A stretch of 64,000 bases of DNA from Nitrosopumilaceae archaeon (GTDB lineage Archaea > Thermoproteota > Nitrososphaeria > Nitrososphaerales > Nitrosopumilaceae), in contig CBDBCR010000001.1 in NCBI GenBank assembly GCA_965203465.1, forward strand, positions 480,001 to 544,000, in the 5' to 3' direction. Positions within the stretch are counted from its first letter, which is position 1, and the number at the start of each line of letters is the position of its first letter. Position numbers and translations under genes: made by a program. Positions 1 through 9,605 of the stretch are shown in pieces. The notes beneath the pieces are model-generated. The model saw nothing but the letters and a program-made list of their open reading frames with translations, did no database searches and had not been told where the DNA came from.

Positions 1-1
1 C

Positions 2-112
2 TCGATAAAGATGGCGCGCGTCTCGGTGGACAAGCCGTCCATGGACCGGATGCCCGACTCCGAGGTGTCGGGGTTCGCCGACGAGGCCCGCAAGCGGTTC
101 GGGCAGGACTGA
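2..112 (+). CDS. 3' end of a CDS truncated by the window edge (hypothetical)
   Basis: Open frame SIKMARVSVDKPSMDRMPDSEVSGFADEARKRFGQD* ends at TGA 110-112, 9 nt before the next ATG. Confidence 0.55.
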   Translation, partial: SIKMARVSVDKPSMDRMPDSEVSGFADEARKRFGQD

Positions 113-121
113 CGCTGCAAG

Positions 122-793
122 ATGGGGCTCGGCGCCGGCTACTGGCCCGAGGTCATGGAAGCGCTCGAGGACATAATACCGGTCTACGACAGGGTCAACA
201 GGTTCATCTCGGCGGGGCGCGCGTGCAGGCACCGCGCGGCCGGCGTGGCCGGGCGCCTGCGCCCGGGCGACGCGGTGCTCGACGCGGGATCGGGTTTTGG
301 CAACATGTCGCGCGCGGCCCTCGCCGAGCGCGCCGACATATCGCTCGTCATGTGCGATCCGCTCATGCCGATGCTGCGCCGCGCGCCCGGGCGGCGCGCG
401 TGCGGCCTCTTTGAGCACCTGCCGTTCCGCGCCGGCTCGTTCGACGCGGCCATGTGCGGGTACTCGCTGCGCGACGCGGTGGACCTGCGCGCGGCCCTCG
501 CCGAGCTGCACCGCGTGCTGCGGCCCGGCGGGCGGCTGGTGGTGGTGGACTTGGGCAAGCCGGACGGCGCGCTGGTCAGGGCCGGCGTGGCCGCGTACCT
601 GAGGTTCGCCGTGCCGCTCATAGGGCTGGCCGCCGGGGGCAGGAGGGGCCTGAGGTTCGGCGAGCTGTACGGCACGTTCAAGCGCTGGCCGACCGTCTCG
701 GGCCTGCGGGCCGCCCTGGAGGAGCGGTTTTCGCGCGTGGAGGTGGCCACCGACCTGATGGGCGGCGCGGTCATGGCCTGCGCACACAAGTAA
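122..793 (+). CDS. Class I SAM-dependent methyltransferase (UbiE/COQ5-like)
   Basis: VLDAGSGFG motif I, LPFRAGSFDA, ELHRVLRPGGRLVVVD. Confidence 0.85.
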   Translation: MGLGAGYWPEVMEALEDIIPVYDRVNRFISAGRACRHRAAGVAGRLRPGDAVLDAGSGFGNMSRAALAERADISLVMCDPLMPMLRRAPGRRACGLFEHLPFRAGSFDAAMCGYSLRDAVDLRAALAELHRVLRPGGRLVVVDLGKPDGALVRAGVAAYLRFAVPLIGLAAGGRRGLRFGELYGTFKRWPTVSGLRAALEERFSRVEVATDLMGGAVMACAHK

Positions 794-818
794 TATGCGG
801 GCGGCCCCGGCGGCGGGC

Positions 819-1127
819 GTGGAGCTGAACATCGGGGGCACCGAGTGGATAACGATAGCGTTCGTGGCCCTCGTCCTGGTGCTGGGGACCGGCCGGCTGC
901 CGGGCGCCGCGCGCAAGCTGGGCAGGGCCGCCGCGCAGTACCGGCGGGCGCGCGACGAGGTCGGCTCGCAGATGGGCGCCGGCAGGTCGCTCGGCGTCTC
1001 GGGGCCCGTCTCGGACGAGCGCCAAAAGCTGGAGCGCATGGCCGGCTCGCTGGGCCTCGAGCCGGAGGGCCTCGACACCGAGCAGCTGCGCCGCAAGGTA
1101 AACTCGAAGATGGGCGGCGGGCCGTGA
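819..1127 (+). CDS. tatA: Twin-arginine translocase subunit TatA/TatB family
   Basis: GGTEWITIAFVALVLVLGTGRLPGAARKLGRA: N-terminal TM helix, G-xx-LP hinge, amphipathic helix; GTG start chosen at 819. Confidence 0.8.
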   Translation: MELNIGGTEWITIAFVALVLVLGTGRLPGAARKLGRAAAQYRRARDEVGSQMGAGRSLGVSGPVSDERQKLERMAGSLGLEPEGLDTEQLRRKVNSKMGGGP

Positions 1128-2266
1128 AAGCCCTGCTTCTGGCCCTGCCGCTGGCCGCGGCGGCCGCAGCGCACGGGTACTCTGTCGAGACCGTGGCGGA
1201 GGACCTCGAGGTGCCCTGGTCGATGGACTTTGCGCCCGACGGCAGGATCTTCCTGACCGAGCGCGGCGGGCAGGTGCGCGTGATACAGGACGGGCAGCTG
1301 CTGCCCGACCCGGTGCTGCGCCTCGGCGTGGGCTCTGGCGAGGGCGGCCTGCTCGGCATAGCGCTCGATCCCGACTTTGAGCAGACGCGCAAGGTGTACC
1401 TGTACTATACGTACGGCCTGTTTGCGCAGAACCGCGTCTCGTCGTTCGTAGAGACCGACGCGGGGCTATCCGGCGAGCAGGTGTTGATAGACGGAATACC
1501 GGGCCACTGGTTCCACGACGGCGGGAGGATAGCATTCGGCCCCGACGGCGCGCTGTACGTGGCCACCGGCGACGCGAGCAACCCCGATCTGTCGCGCGAC
1601 GTCTCGTCGCTGGCAGGCAAGATACTGCGTATAGCGCCGGACGGCTCTGTCCCGCCGGACAACCCGTTCGAGGGATCGCCGGTGTACTCTTACGGGCACC
1701 GCAACCCCCAGGGGCTCGACTGGGACCGGCAGGGGCGGCTGGTATCGACCGAGCACGGCCCGTCCGGCGAGCGCGGCTTCGCCCACGACGAGATAAACGT
1801 CATAGAGGCCGGCGCCGACTACGGCTGGCCGCTGGCAGTCGGCGACGAGAGCGCCGAGGGGGCCGCCGGCCCGGCGCTCCACACGGGGAGCGAGACGTGG
1901 GCGCCGTCGGGCGCCGCCTTCTACTACGGCGACATACCAGAGTGGGACGGCATGTACATGGTGGCCGCGCTGGCCGGCAGGGCCCTGGTGGCAGTCGATC
2001 CCGTCTCCTGGACGGAGGCGGGAAGGCACCTGCAGGAATACGGGCGGCTGCGCGACGCGGTGGCCGGGCCGGACGGCTCGCTGTACGTGCTGACGAGCAA
2101 CAGGGACGGGCGGGGGAGCCCGTCTGAGGGAGACGACAGGGTGCTGAAGATATCGCCGGACGCGTGCTCTCCGGGGCTGGACTGGGTGCAAAGGGCCGCC
2201 GGCGGCGGCGCGTGCGTGCGGCCAGAGACGGCGCGGCTGCTGGCGGAGCGCGGCTGGGCGCTCTGA
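1124..2266 (+). CDS. PQQ-dependent sugar (glucose/sorbosone) dehydrogenase, secreted
   Basis: Signal peptide from GTG 1124 overlapping the tatA stop; motifs GEGGLLGIALDPDF, HDGGRIAFGPDG, SYGHRNPQG, GRLRD. Confidence 0.9.
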   Translation: MKALLLALPLAAAAAAHGYSVETVAEDLEVPWSMDFAPDGRIFLTERGGQVRVIQDGQLLPDPVLRLGVGSGEGGLLGIALDPDFEQTRKVYLYYTYGLFAQNRVSSFVETDAGLSGEQVLIDGIPGHWFHDGGRIAFGPDGALYVATGDASNPDLSRDVSSLAGKILRIAPDGSVPPDNPFEGSPVYSYGHRNPQGLDWDRQGRLVSTEHGPSGERGFAHDEINVIEAGADYGWPLAVGDESAEGAAGPALHTGSETWAPSGAAFYYGDIPEWDGMYMVAALAGRALVAVDPVSWTEAGRHLQEYGRLRDAVAGPDGSLYVLTSNRDGRGSPSEGDDRVLKISPDACSPGLDWVQRAAGGGACVRPETARLLAERGWAL

Positions 2267-2296
2267 CTTAATTAGCGGGGCGCCGCGCGCCCGGCC

Positions 2297-3109
2297 GTGA
2301 AGGCGCTGGTGACCGGCTGCTCGGGCGGCATCGGGTACGAGACGGCGCTGGCCCTGGCGCGCGCGGGATACGAGACGCTGGCCGGCGTGCGGGACCTGGG
2401 GCGCGGCGCGGCACTGGCAGAAGCCGCGGGGGATCTGCCCGTCGAGCTGCTCCGGATGGACGTCGACGATCCCGCCTCGGTAAAAGAGGCGGTCGGGCGG
2501 GCCTGCGAGGGGGGCCTCGACGTGCTCGTGAACAACGCCGGCTACGGGCAGTTCGGGTGCGCAGAGGACGTGACCGTAGAGCAGTTCCGGAAGCAGTTCG
2601 AGACCAATTTTTTCAGCGTCGTGGATATCGTGCGGCGCGCGGCCCCGGCCATGCGGGCGCAGAGGTCGGGCACCATAATCAACGTAGGATCGGTGGCCGG
2701 CCGCATGGGCCTGCCCGGCTCGCCGGCGTACATCAGCTCCAAGTTCGCCCTCGAGGGGCTCACCGAATGCCTCCGCTACGAGCTGGGAAGGTTCGGCGTG
2801 GGCGTGACGGTCATAGAGCCGGGCGTGGTGCGCACGGGGTTCTTTTCGTCCATGCGGGTGCCGGCCTCGCACGCGGATCCGGAATACGAAAAGATCACAA
2901 AGAGGATGCTCTCGGGGCTGGAGCTGATGGTAAAGGCGGGCACGCCGCCCTCCAAGGTGGCAGAAGCCGTCGTGCGCGCCGCCTCGCAGAGGCCGCCGCT
3001 GCCGCGCTACGTGGTGGGCGACGACGCTAGGATGTTCATGGAGGCGCGCCTCTCAAAGTCGGACACCGAGTTCGAAGAGTTCATGTCCGCCGAGCTGTTC
3101 CCCGAATAG
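2297..3109 (+). CDS. Short-chain dehydrogenase/reductase (SDR)
   Basis: TGCSGGIG, NNAG and YISSK catalytic YxxxK motifs. Confidence 0.92.
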   Translation: MKALVTGCSGGIGYETALALARAGYETLAGVRDLGRGAALAEAAGDLPVELLRMDVDDPASVKEAVGRACEGGLDVLVNNAGYGQFGCAEDVTVEQFRKQFETNFFSVVDIVRRAAPAMRAQRSGTIINVGSVAGRMGLPGSPAYISSKFALEGLTECLRYELGRFGVGVTVIEPGVVRTGFFSSMRVPASHADPEYEKITKRMLSGLELMVKAGTPPSKVAEAVVRAASQRPPLPRYVVGDDARMFMEARLSKSDTEFEEFMSAELFPE

Positions 3110-3170
3110 CGCGGTTCGGCGGCCGCGCCGAGTTCGCTAAATTGATATACGCACTTTCGGCCGCGCCGGC

Positions 3171-4985
3171 GTGGCAAAGTGGAAGACGTTCCAGCACGCC
3201 GGCGTCCTGTTCCCGCCGGCGTACGAGCCCAAAAAGACGCCGGTCGGCATAAAGGGCAAAAAGACGGTCCTCACCCCGCTACAGGAAGAGATGGCCTACC
3301 AGTGGGCCAAGAAAAAGGACACGCCGTACGCGCAGGACAGGGTGTTCCGCGACAACTTCGTGCGCGACTTTGCCAAGGAGCTGGGCCCCGGCCACGGCAA
3401 GGTAGGGTTTGCGGATCTTGACTTTTCGGCGATGAACCGGCGCGTCGACAGGGAAAAGGCCGAGCGCGAGGCCATGACGCCGGAGCAGCGCAAGGCCTTG
3501 GCGGCCAGCCGCAAGGAGGCGCGCGAATCCCTAAAGGCCAAATACGGCACCGCGCAGCTGGACGGCAAGCCCGTCGAGCTGGGCAACTACATGGTCGAGC
3601 CGCCGGGCATATTCATCGGCAGGGGGGCCCACCCGCTGCGCGGCAAGTGGAAGCCGCGCGTGGGCGAGGGCGACGTGACGCTCAACCTGGGCAAGGGGGC
3701 CGAGGTGCCGCCGGGCCGCTGGGCCGGCGTGGTCTGCGAGCCCGACTCCGTGTGGGTGGCAAAGTGGACCGACAGGCTGACCGGCAACACAAAGTACGTC
3801 TGGCTGGCCGATACGGCCGAGGTAAAGCAGGACATGGACAGGGCAAAGTACGACAAGGCGGTCCGTCTCTCGGGCAGCATCGACGCGGTGGTCGAATCGA
3901 TGGTCTCGGACATGGCCGGCAGCGACGCCAAAAAGGCGCGCATAGCGACTGCCTGCTACCTGATATACCGCACGTCGATGAGGGTCGGCGACGAAAAGGA
4001 CGCAGACGAGGCCGACACGGTCGGGGCCACGACGCTGCGCCGCGAGCACGTAAAGGTCACGCAAGATTCGGTAGAGTTTGACTTTCTGGGCAAGGACAGC
4101 GTCCGCTGGCAGGAGACCGTAAAGGCGGCGGGCCCCGACGAGCAGTTCCGGCGCAACATGCTGCTGCTCGTCGAGCAGCCGCGCGGGCCCGGCAAAAAGC
4201 CCAACTCAAAGCAGGAGATATTCGACGGCATATCGTCGCGCCACGTCAACGCGTACTATTCGGGGATACTGCCGGGCCTCTCGGCAAAGGTCTTCCGCAC
4301 GTACCTTGCCTCGCGCGAGGTGGCGGGGTACCTGCGCGAGCACGACCGCATACGCGCAAGCTCGCCGCACGCAAAGCTGTACCACGCGAAAATGGCCAAC
4401 CTCAAGGCGGCCGTCATGTGCAACCACAAGAGGACGGTCCCAAAGACGTTCGCGCGATCGCTCGAAAAGCGCAAAGAGTCGCTGCGCGCGGCTCGCGCGG
4501 CCGCCTCCAAGGCCCGGAAAGAGGCGCGCGCGGCTCGCGGCTCCGAGCCAGAGGCGGTCTCGAGGGCGGCGGCCGCCGTCGAGGCTGCGCGCGGCTCGCT
4601 CAAGAAGGCGCGCTCGGCGGCGCGCGGCAAGCCCAAAAAGGCGGCCGGGGCAAAGCGCGCGGCAGCCCAGCTGAAAACCAGGCGCGCCCGCCTCGCAAAG
4701 GCAAAGGAGCAGGCCCGCAAAAAGGCCGAGCGCCTAGCCGCCCGCGCCGAAAAGAGCGAGGCGCGCGCCGAAAAGCTGCGCCTCGACGTGGACTTTGCCG
4801 GCCGCACCCGGGACTACAACATCGGCACGTCGCTGCGCAACTATATCGATCCGCGCGTCTTCAAGTCGTGGATGGACGAGGTCGACGGGCAGTGGCCAAA
4901 GCTGTACACCGCCTCGCTGGCGCGCAAGTTCGGCTGGGTGCGGGAGGCAAAGGACGACTGGAAGACCGTCTCGGGCTGGTACTAG
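3171..4985 (+). CDS. DNA topoisomerase IB (eukaryote-like, thaumarchaeal)
   Basis: KWKTFQHAGVLFPPAY, VEPPGIFIGRGAHPLRG; catalytic pentad motifs MRVGDEK, FLGKDSV, KVFRTY, CNH, NYIDPR. Confidence 0.95.
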   Translation: MAKWKTFQHAGVLFPPAYEPKKTPVGIKGKKTVLTPLQEEMAYQWAKKKDTPYAQDRVFRDNFVRDFAKELGPGHGKVGFADLDFSAMNRRVDREKAEREAMTPEQRKALAASRKEARESLKAKYGTAQLDGKPVELGNYMVEPPGIFIGRGAHPLRGKWKPRVGEGDVTLNLGKGAEVPPGRWAGVVCEPDSVWVAKWTDRLTGNTKYVWLADTAEVKQDMDRAKYDKAVRLSGSIDAVVESMVSDMAGSDAKKARIATACYLIYRTSMRVGDEKDADEADTVGATTLRREHVKVTQDSVEFDFLGKDSVRWQETVKAAGPDEQFRRNMLLLVEQPRGPGKKPNSKQEIFDGISSRHVNAYYSGILPGLSAKVFRTYLASREVAGYLREHDRIRASSPHAKLYHAKMANLKAAVMCNHKRTVPKTFARSLEKRKESLRAARAAASKARKEARAARGSEPEAVSRAAAAVEAARGSLKKARSAARGKPKKAAGAKRAAAQLKTRRARLAKAKEQARKKAERLAARAEKSEARAEKLRLDVDFAGRTRDYNIGTSLRNYIDPRVFKSWMDEVDGQWPKLYTASLARKFGWVREAKDDWKTVSGWY

Positions 4986-4990
4986 GTGTG

Positions 4991-5086
4991 TGCCGGGGGC
5001 GGGTTTCGAACCCGCGACCTCCAGATTATGAGTATTGCCTTTTCGGAGAAAAGCTGGCACTCTAGACCAGGCTGAGCTACCCCGGC
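4991..5086 (-). tRNA. tRNA-Met(CAT), probably elongator, with a 20-nt intron in the anticodon stem (about 5034-5053)
   Basis: Reverse complement GCCGGGGTAGCTCAGCCTGGTCTAGAGTGCCAG[CTTTTCTCCGAAAAGGCAAT]ACTCATAATCTGGAGGTCGCGGGTTCGAAACCCGCCCCCGGCA; removing the intron gives stem CCAGA/TCTGG, loop CT-CAT-AA, 76 nt. Confidence 0.88.
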
Positions 5087-5173
5087 ACGGGGGGCCGCCG
5101 GGGGCGTGTCAAATTAAACGGTTCGGCCGCCTCGAGGGCTTAAATTGGGGGGCCCGCGCGGTGCCGCGCAAGT

Positions 5174-5247
5174 GGGATTGTGGTCTAGCTTGGTATGATT
5201 CTAGTTTCGGGTACTAGGGGCCGCAGGTTCGAATCCTGCCAATCCCA
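5174..5247 (+). tRNA. tRNA-Pro(CGG)
   Basis: GGGATTG...CAATCCC acceptor stem, CTAGT-TTCGGGT-ACTAG anticodon arm, GGTTCGAATCC T-loop. Confidence 0.93.
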
Positions 5248-6063
5248 TCACAGCCTCTCGGCCTCGGCCATGTCCACCTCGTAGGAGAGCCTGGCCCTCG
5301 GGCCGAGGCGCAGCGTCCAGGGTATGCGCGACTCTTCGCCCCGCACCGAAAACCCCCTGGCGCGCAGGTAGGCGCGCAGGCTTTCCGGGCCGGCCTTTTC
5401 CGAGCCGGGCGCGTAGTCGTACGGGCTCGATATTACGAGCGAATCGGACTGGCCGGCCATCGTGTCTACCAGGGCCCGCCAGTCGACCGACTCCAGCATG
5501 TTGAAGCAGGCTGCCGCGCCGAACCTCCTCTTCCCGAACGGGTGCTCCAGCGCGTCGGCGACAGCGTACGTGCCCCCGCCCTTTGCGGCCTCGCGCACCG
5601 CGTAGAACGAGCGGTCGATGCCGAGCACCTCCCTGCCCCGCACGCCGCCCGAGATCCTGCCCACCGAGCAGCCGTACTCTGCTATGCTGCCGCGCGTGCG
5701 GCGCAGGGCGCGCGCGGCCTCGCGGTAGAACGCGGTGCGCCCGCTGGCCAAGTATATGCGCGCCCACCTCAGCTCGGCGGGCGCGCGGTCCTGCGCGACG
5801 GGCGGGCCGCGCATGGACTCTTTGACGAACTCTTTCATTGCCGGGGTGCGGGCCCCCAGCATCAGCCTGCCGCCCAGCGAGGGGCGCGCGCGCACGTATT
5901 CTTTGAAAGACCTCCACATTATGGGCACGCCCTCGGCCACCGGGTATTTGGCGCCGCACCCGCACGACAGAAACCCCTCGTCCACCAGGCCGGAGAGGGC
6001 CTCGAGCTCCAGCCGGCCGGAGCAGCGCACGCAGCGCAGCAGGCGCGCGTCGGATTCCTTCAC
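5248..6063 (-). CDS. Trm112-like zinc finger fused to a SAM methyltransferase domain
   Basis: N-terminal LRCVRCSG...LSCGCGAKYPVAEGVP (Trm112 pattern); C-terminal AEYGCSVG / VLGIDRS / VADAL methyltransferase motifs. Confidence 0.75.
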   Translation of the reverse strand: MKESDARLLRCVRCSGRLELEALSGLVDEGFLSCGCGAKYPVAEGVPIMWRSFKEYVRARPSLGGRLMLGARTPAMKEFVKESMRGPPVAQDRAPAELRWARIYLASGRTAFYREAARALRRTRGSIAEYGCSVGRISGGVRGREVLGIDRSFYAVREAAKGGGTYAVADALEHPFGKRRFGAAACFNMLESVDWRALVDTMAGQSDSLVISSPYDYAPGSEKAGPESLRAYLRARGFSVRGEESRIPWTLRLGPRARLSYEVDMAEAERL

Positions 6064-6162
6064 GAGCGCGGGGCGCCGCCCGGGGGCGCTTTAACCCTTG
6101 GCCGATCGCGGCTGTCGCCTGCAGGGGCGGCGCGGGCGAGGCGGGGCGCAGGCCCGGGACGC

Positions 6163-6719
6163 GAGAAAACAAGCGCGTAAAGATCATAGCTAGGGCGCGG
6201 TTCGACTGCGACGTTCTGGGCATATGCGTGCATGTGGAAAAGCAGAAGGCGATCGACGGCGTATTGCGCCACCGAGCATTCGGCACAAAGCCGAAACACG
6301 TAGCTCGCAACCACTTCAACCACCTGCTCTGGAGATACATGCAGGACGGCATAATGGATTTTGCGGCGAAACACCGTTGCGAGGTGCGAGACATCGAAGT
6401 CGAATGCGACTCGGACATGCGCGACACGGTTCTTGCTTGGGGCATGAAGCCGGCCGCCGGGGCCAAGACGTACGATCTCGCCGACGTGATCGCGTGGAGC
6501 AACGTACACGGCAGAGCAATCAACACATGCAAGGAGCTGGACATCCGCGACAAAATATGGAGACATGAGGCGCGACCTGTTAAAGTGGTGCCCAGAGCCC
6601 ACATTTACACCAGAACAGCAGAACCGCCCGAAAGCTTCAACCATCTGGATAATTCAAGCCCTGATGCCGCGTGCCACACACACGGTTTAATCAACTTATC
6701 GGGTTGGTCAGTACACTGA
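6163..6719 (+). pseudogene. Lower-GC hypothetical gene fragment, probably 5'-truncated
   Basis: Protein-like frame ENKRVKIIARARFDCDVLGICVHVEKQK...DLADVIAWSN in an AT-richer patch; no clear start. Confidence 0.4.
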
Positions 6720-7101
6720 CCAATACAGGGTTGTGGGTATAGTCCCAGGTCGTCAGATTGCGGCTTGGCTGATTTCCAGCTGCCGTACAGGGGGGGGGCC
6801 GGACTGGAGCGTATTCGAGATGTGGCCCCAGCCTGTCCGGCGCGGGGCGGCCTGCGCCGTCGCCTGACCGGTTCGACCGCGCGGATGCGCGCCCCCGCGC
6901 ACTGCCGGGCGCGCCGCCAGTCTGGCGACCTGATACTATATGCCCGGCGCTTAGGCTTTGTTCGGCAATTCGTATTTTCGTGCCTGCGCAGTAGCCGGAT
7001 CGGCCAAAAAAACGGCTCCGTTCAGGCACGGATCGCGGAATTACCGAACAAAGCCGGCGCTTAGGCAGCGTTAAATTGAACCCGCGTTCTCCGGGGCGCG
7101 C

Positions 7102-7623
7102 TTGGACGCGTACGACGCACTGGTCATGACGGTGGCAGAAAACGGCGGCCTGCTGGACAGCCGGACCGCGATACAGAAACTGTGCTATTTCTACACGCTA
7201 AAGATAGCCGGCTTTGCGCCCCGGTACCTGCCGTACCTTTACGGGCCGTTCAGCAGGGAGGTCGCCTCGGCGCTGGTGGATCTGTCCGCATTCTCGTTCT
7301 TCAACGAATACCTGCGGTCTTGCGGCGGGTACACGTACGAGATCACAGAGTCGGGCAGAAAATACGCGGCCCGGGTGTCCGGGGAACTGCCCGGCGAGCG
7401 CGATCAGATCCGGGGCGTCCTGGCCGTCTGCAAAGAGCGCTGCGGCCTAAAGCCGGCGCCCCTCTCTTACGCCGCAAAATGCCACTACGTGCTGCGCAGC
7501 GGCGGGGCCGAGCACACCGTAAAGGAGGCCAGGGACGCGGGCAGAGACCTGTGCTGGGAGATATCCGACGACGATGCCGAGGGCGGGATAAGCCTGTTGA
7601 AGGAACTGGGCCTTGTAAGGTGA
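7102..7623 (+). CDS. YwgA-like/antitoxin-type winged-helix protein
   Basis: SRTAIQKLCYF...YLPYLYGPFS and YEITESG wHTH signatures; TTAAATT TATA about 30 nt upstream. Confidence 0.65.
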   Translation: MDAYDALVMTVAENGGLLDSRTAIQKLCYFYTLKIAGFAPRYLPYLYGPFSREVASALVDLSAFSFFNEYLRSCGGYTYEITESGRKYAARVSGELPGERDQIRGVLAVCKERCGLKPAPLSYAAKCHYVLRSGGAEHTVKEARDAGRDLCWEISDDDAEGGISLLKELGLVR

Positions 7624-7836
7624 GGGCAAAGCCGGCCGCCGGACGCACGGCGCACGGGCCGGGGGACGCCGGGGTCCGGAAAAAAAGCGGGGGGAAATGT
7701 CCGGAGCCGGACGCGCGCGAAAGGATCGCGCCGCGCGTGGAACCACGGCGATTCGGGCAGACGGCGCGCCGCCGGGGCGGCCGGACAGCCGGCGAAAAAC
7801 CAACCGTTAAATCGGCGCCCCCCGGGGAGCTCACCC

Positions 7837-9024
7837 GTGGGCGAGCAGGCGGAATTCGCAGAGGCGCTCTTTGCGCAGCTCGAAGTCGAGACCGGCGAGG
7901 AGGCCCAGATAGCGTCGCTGGCCGAGCGCATCGCCGGCGACGCCGGATTCGGCTTCGAGTTCGAGCCGCTGGCCGAGGCGGCCGGGCGCCTGCTGCCCGG
8001 CGCCGCCGAGAGCCTAGAAAAGCTGGGCCTGGGCGGGCCCGCCCCGCCGCTCGAGATATCGGATCTGCGCGGGTTCAAGATGCTAAAGGCGAGGAAGGTC
8101 TTCGCGCCGCCCGGCTCGCGCGGGTTCGTGGACGATCTGTTCGGGGCCGTGGCCGATTCGGACGCGGGCGCGGTGGCCGGCATCATGGCCTCGGACATGC
8201 AAAAGTACCTGGTGTACTCTACGTACGCCATACAGTACCTCTCCAAGATCTCGACCACGTACGGCGACTGCCTCGGCGGCAAAATATACCTCAACGGGTT
8301 CGTGCTGTCGCGCTACCCGCAGATCATACTGTACCGGCAGGGCCCGCCGTACTCGGGCGCCGATGCCGTCCGCTCCGGCTACGCGGGCGCCCTCAAGATG
8401 GCGCTGCTCGAAGAGTCGGTGCATTCGCGCCAGGGGCCGCTGCAGGAGATGAACGCGGCCGCCGCGGCCGAGGTCAACGCGCTCAACGAAGAGCTGGCCG
8501 GCAGCATACTGGAGATGGACGAGGGCCCGGCCTCGTCGCTGTACAGGCACATGCAGCTGCAGGACGTGCCGCCAGAGTTCCCGGCCGCGCGCAGGGCCAA
8601 CCTCTTCTTCACGCTCAACCCGGACAACTTCGTTGTCAACGTGCTCGGGCCGGACGTGATGACCTACGACCGCATAGAGGTGGACCCGCGCATATCCGAG
8701 GCGCTGCCCGGCCTGCCCGGCCTGTACCGGCGGTGGCTCGGGCCCATACAGCGCCACCACGCCGCCTTTACGGTCATGGAGGGCATGGCCGAGTTCTGCG
8801 TGCGCGAGGCGCTCTCGGGGGACCCCGACTTTGAGGAGTACCTGCGCACGTTCACCGGCGCCGACCCGTCGGCGTACGGGGTGCGCAAGAGCATGGGGCG
8901 CGACTTTGTGGCGTTCGTGCACGCGCGCGCGGGCAACGGGGCCTTCCAGGCCATAATGCGGGATCCGCCCACGACGCGCGAGATAAAGGAGCCGGGGCGG
9001 TACGCCGAGCGCCTCAGTCTATGA
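7837..9024 (+). CDS. Conserved hypothetical protein, DUF2342/zincin-like with a degenerate HExxH
   Basis: LLEESVHSRQ ... TVMEGMAEF ... Y...GRDFV ... PPT..EI.EP.RY pattern; GC3-rich codons; TATA upstream. Confidence 0.65.
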   Translation: MGEQAEFAEALFAQLEVETGEEAQIASLAERIAGDAGFGFEFEPLAEAAGRLLPGAAESLEKLGLGGPAPPLEISDLRGFKMLKARKVFAPPGSRGFVDDLFGAVADSDAGAVAGIMASDMQKYLVYSTYAIQYLSKISTTYGDCLGGKIYLNGFVLSRYPQIILYRQGPPYSGADAVRSGYAGALKMALLEESVHSRQGPLQEMNAAAAAEVNALNEELAGSILEMDEGPASSLYRHMQLQDVPPEFPAARRANLFFTLNPDNFVVNVLGPDVMTYDRIEVDPRISEALPGLPGLYRRWLGPIQRHHAAFTVMEGMAEFCVREALSGDPDFEEYLRTFTGADPSAYGVRKSMGRDFVAFVHARAGNGAFQAIMRDPPTTREIKEPGRYAERLSL

Positions 9025-9184
9025 TGGATTCGACGTCGTTGCCCTTTTTGATCTGCGATATCTCGTGGCGGGCTATCCTGTTGCGCAGCGCCTTTTTGAC
9101 GATGTCCAGCTCTTCGCGGAGCATGGCGAACTCGTCCTCGAGCTTTGCGACCCTCTCGTAGATGGTCTCGGATTCGCCTGACAC
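9014..9184 (-). CDS. Small coiled-coil hypothetical protein (56 aa, not in the ORF track)
   Basis: MSGESETIYERVAKLEDEFAMLREELDIVKKALRNRIARHEISQIKKGNDVESIID*; TTTTTAA box about 25 nt upstream. Confidence 0.75.
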   Translation of the reverse strand: MSGESETIYERVAKLEDEFAMLREELDIVKKALRNRIARHEISQIKKGNDVESIID

Positions 9185-9219
9185 GGGCCGGTGGGCCCGG
9201 GTTTGCGTTAAAAAGGTAT

Positions 9220-9381
9220 CTACAGCTCGAACTCTTGCCTACACTTTTCGCACTTGCCGCGCTCCTCGCCGGGGTGGCCCAGCAGGAATATGCGGCCTAT
9301 GGTCTTGCACTCGGGGCACATGCCGGTGGTCGCGTTGCGCGGGCCCGACCTGATTATCTTCTGCGTCTTGCGGCGCGCCAT
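9220..9381 (-). CDS. Small zinc-ribbon protein, Elf1-like (53 aa, not in the ORF track)
   Basis: MARRKTQKIIRSGPRNATTGMCPECKTIGRIFLLGHPGEERGKCEKCRQEFEL*: basic N-terminus and two CxxC; TTAAAA upstream. Confidence 0.7.
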   Translation of the reverse strand: MARRKTQKIIRSGPRNATTGMCPECKTIGRIFLLGHPGEERGKCEKCRQEFEL

Positions 9382-9437
9382 GGGGCGGGGCGCGGCCGCG
9401 CCCTTTTAAGTCTAGTTTTCGGGCAGCCGCACGAGTG

Positions 9438-9525
9438 TGGCGCGGGGAGGGGGATTCGAACCCCCGCGTCCTTGCGAACATGGGATTAGCAATCCCACGC
9501 CCTGGCCAGGCTAGGCGATCCCCGC
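9438..9525 (-). tRNA. tRNA-Ser(GCT), CCA encoded
   Basis: GCGGGGA...TCCCCGC-GCCA; TGGGA-TTGCTAA-TCCCA anticodon arm; long variable arm. Confidence 0.93.
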
Positions 9526-9605
9526 ACGCGGCCGGACCGCCCGACCGCGCATTAAACTCATCGCGCGGCCCACGAGTTATATGTAAAGCCGGGGGGCCGG
9601 GCGCC

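Noticed and set aside
6790-6798. G9 run as a phase-variable site
   Set aside because: It is not linked to any credible gene or promoter.
4991-9525. tRNA-anchored integrated element
   Set aside because: I found no duplicated tRNA 3' end (att site) and no integrase in the window.
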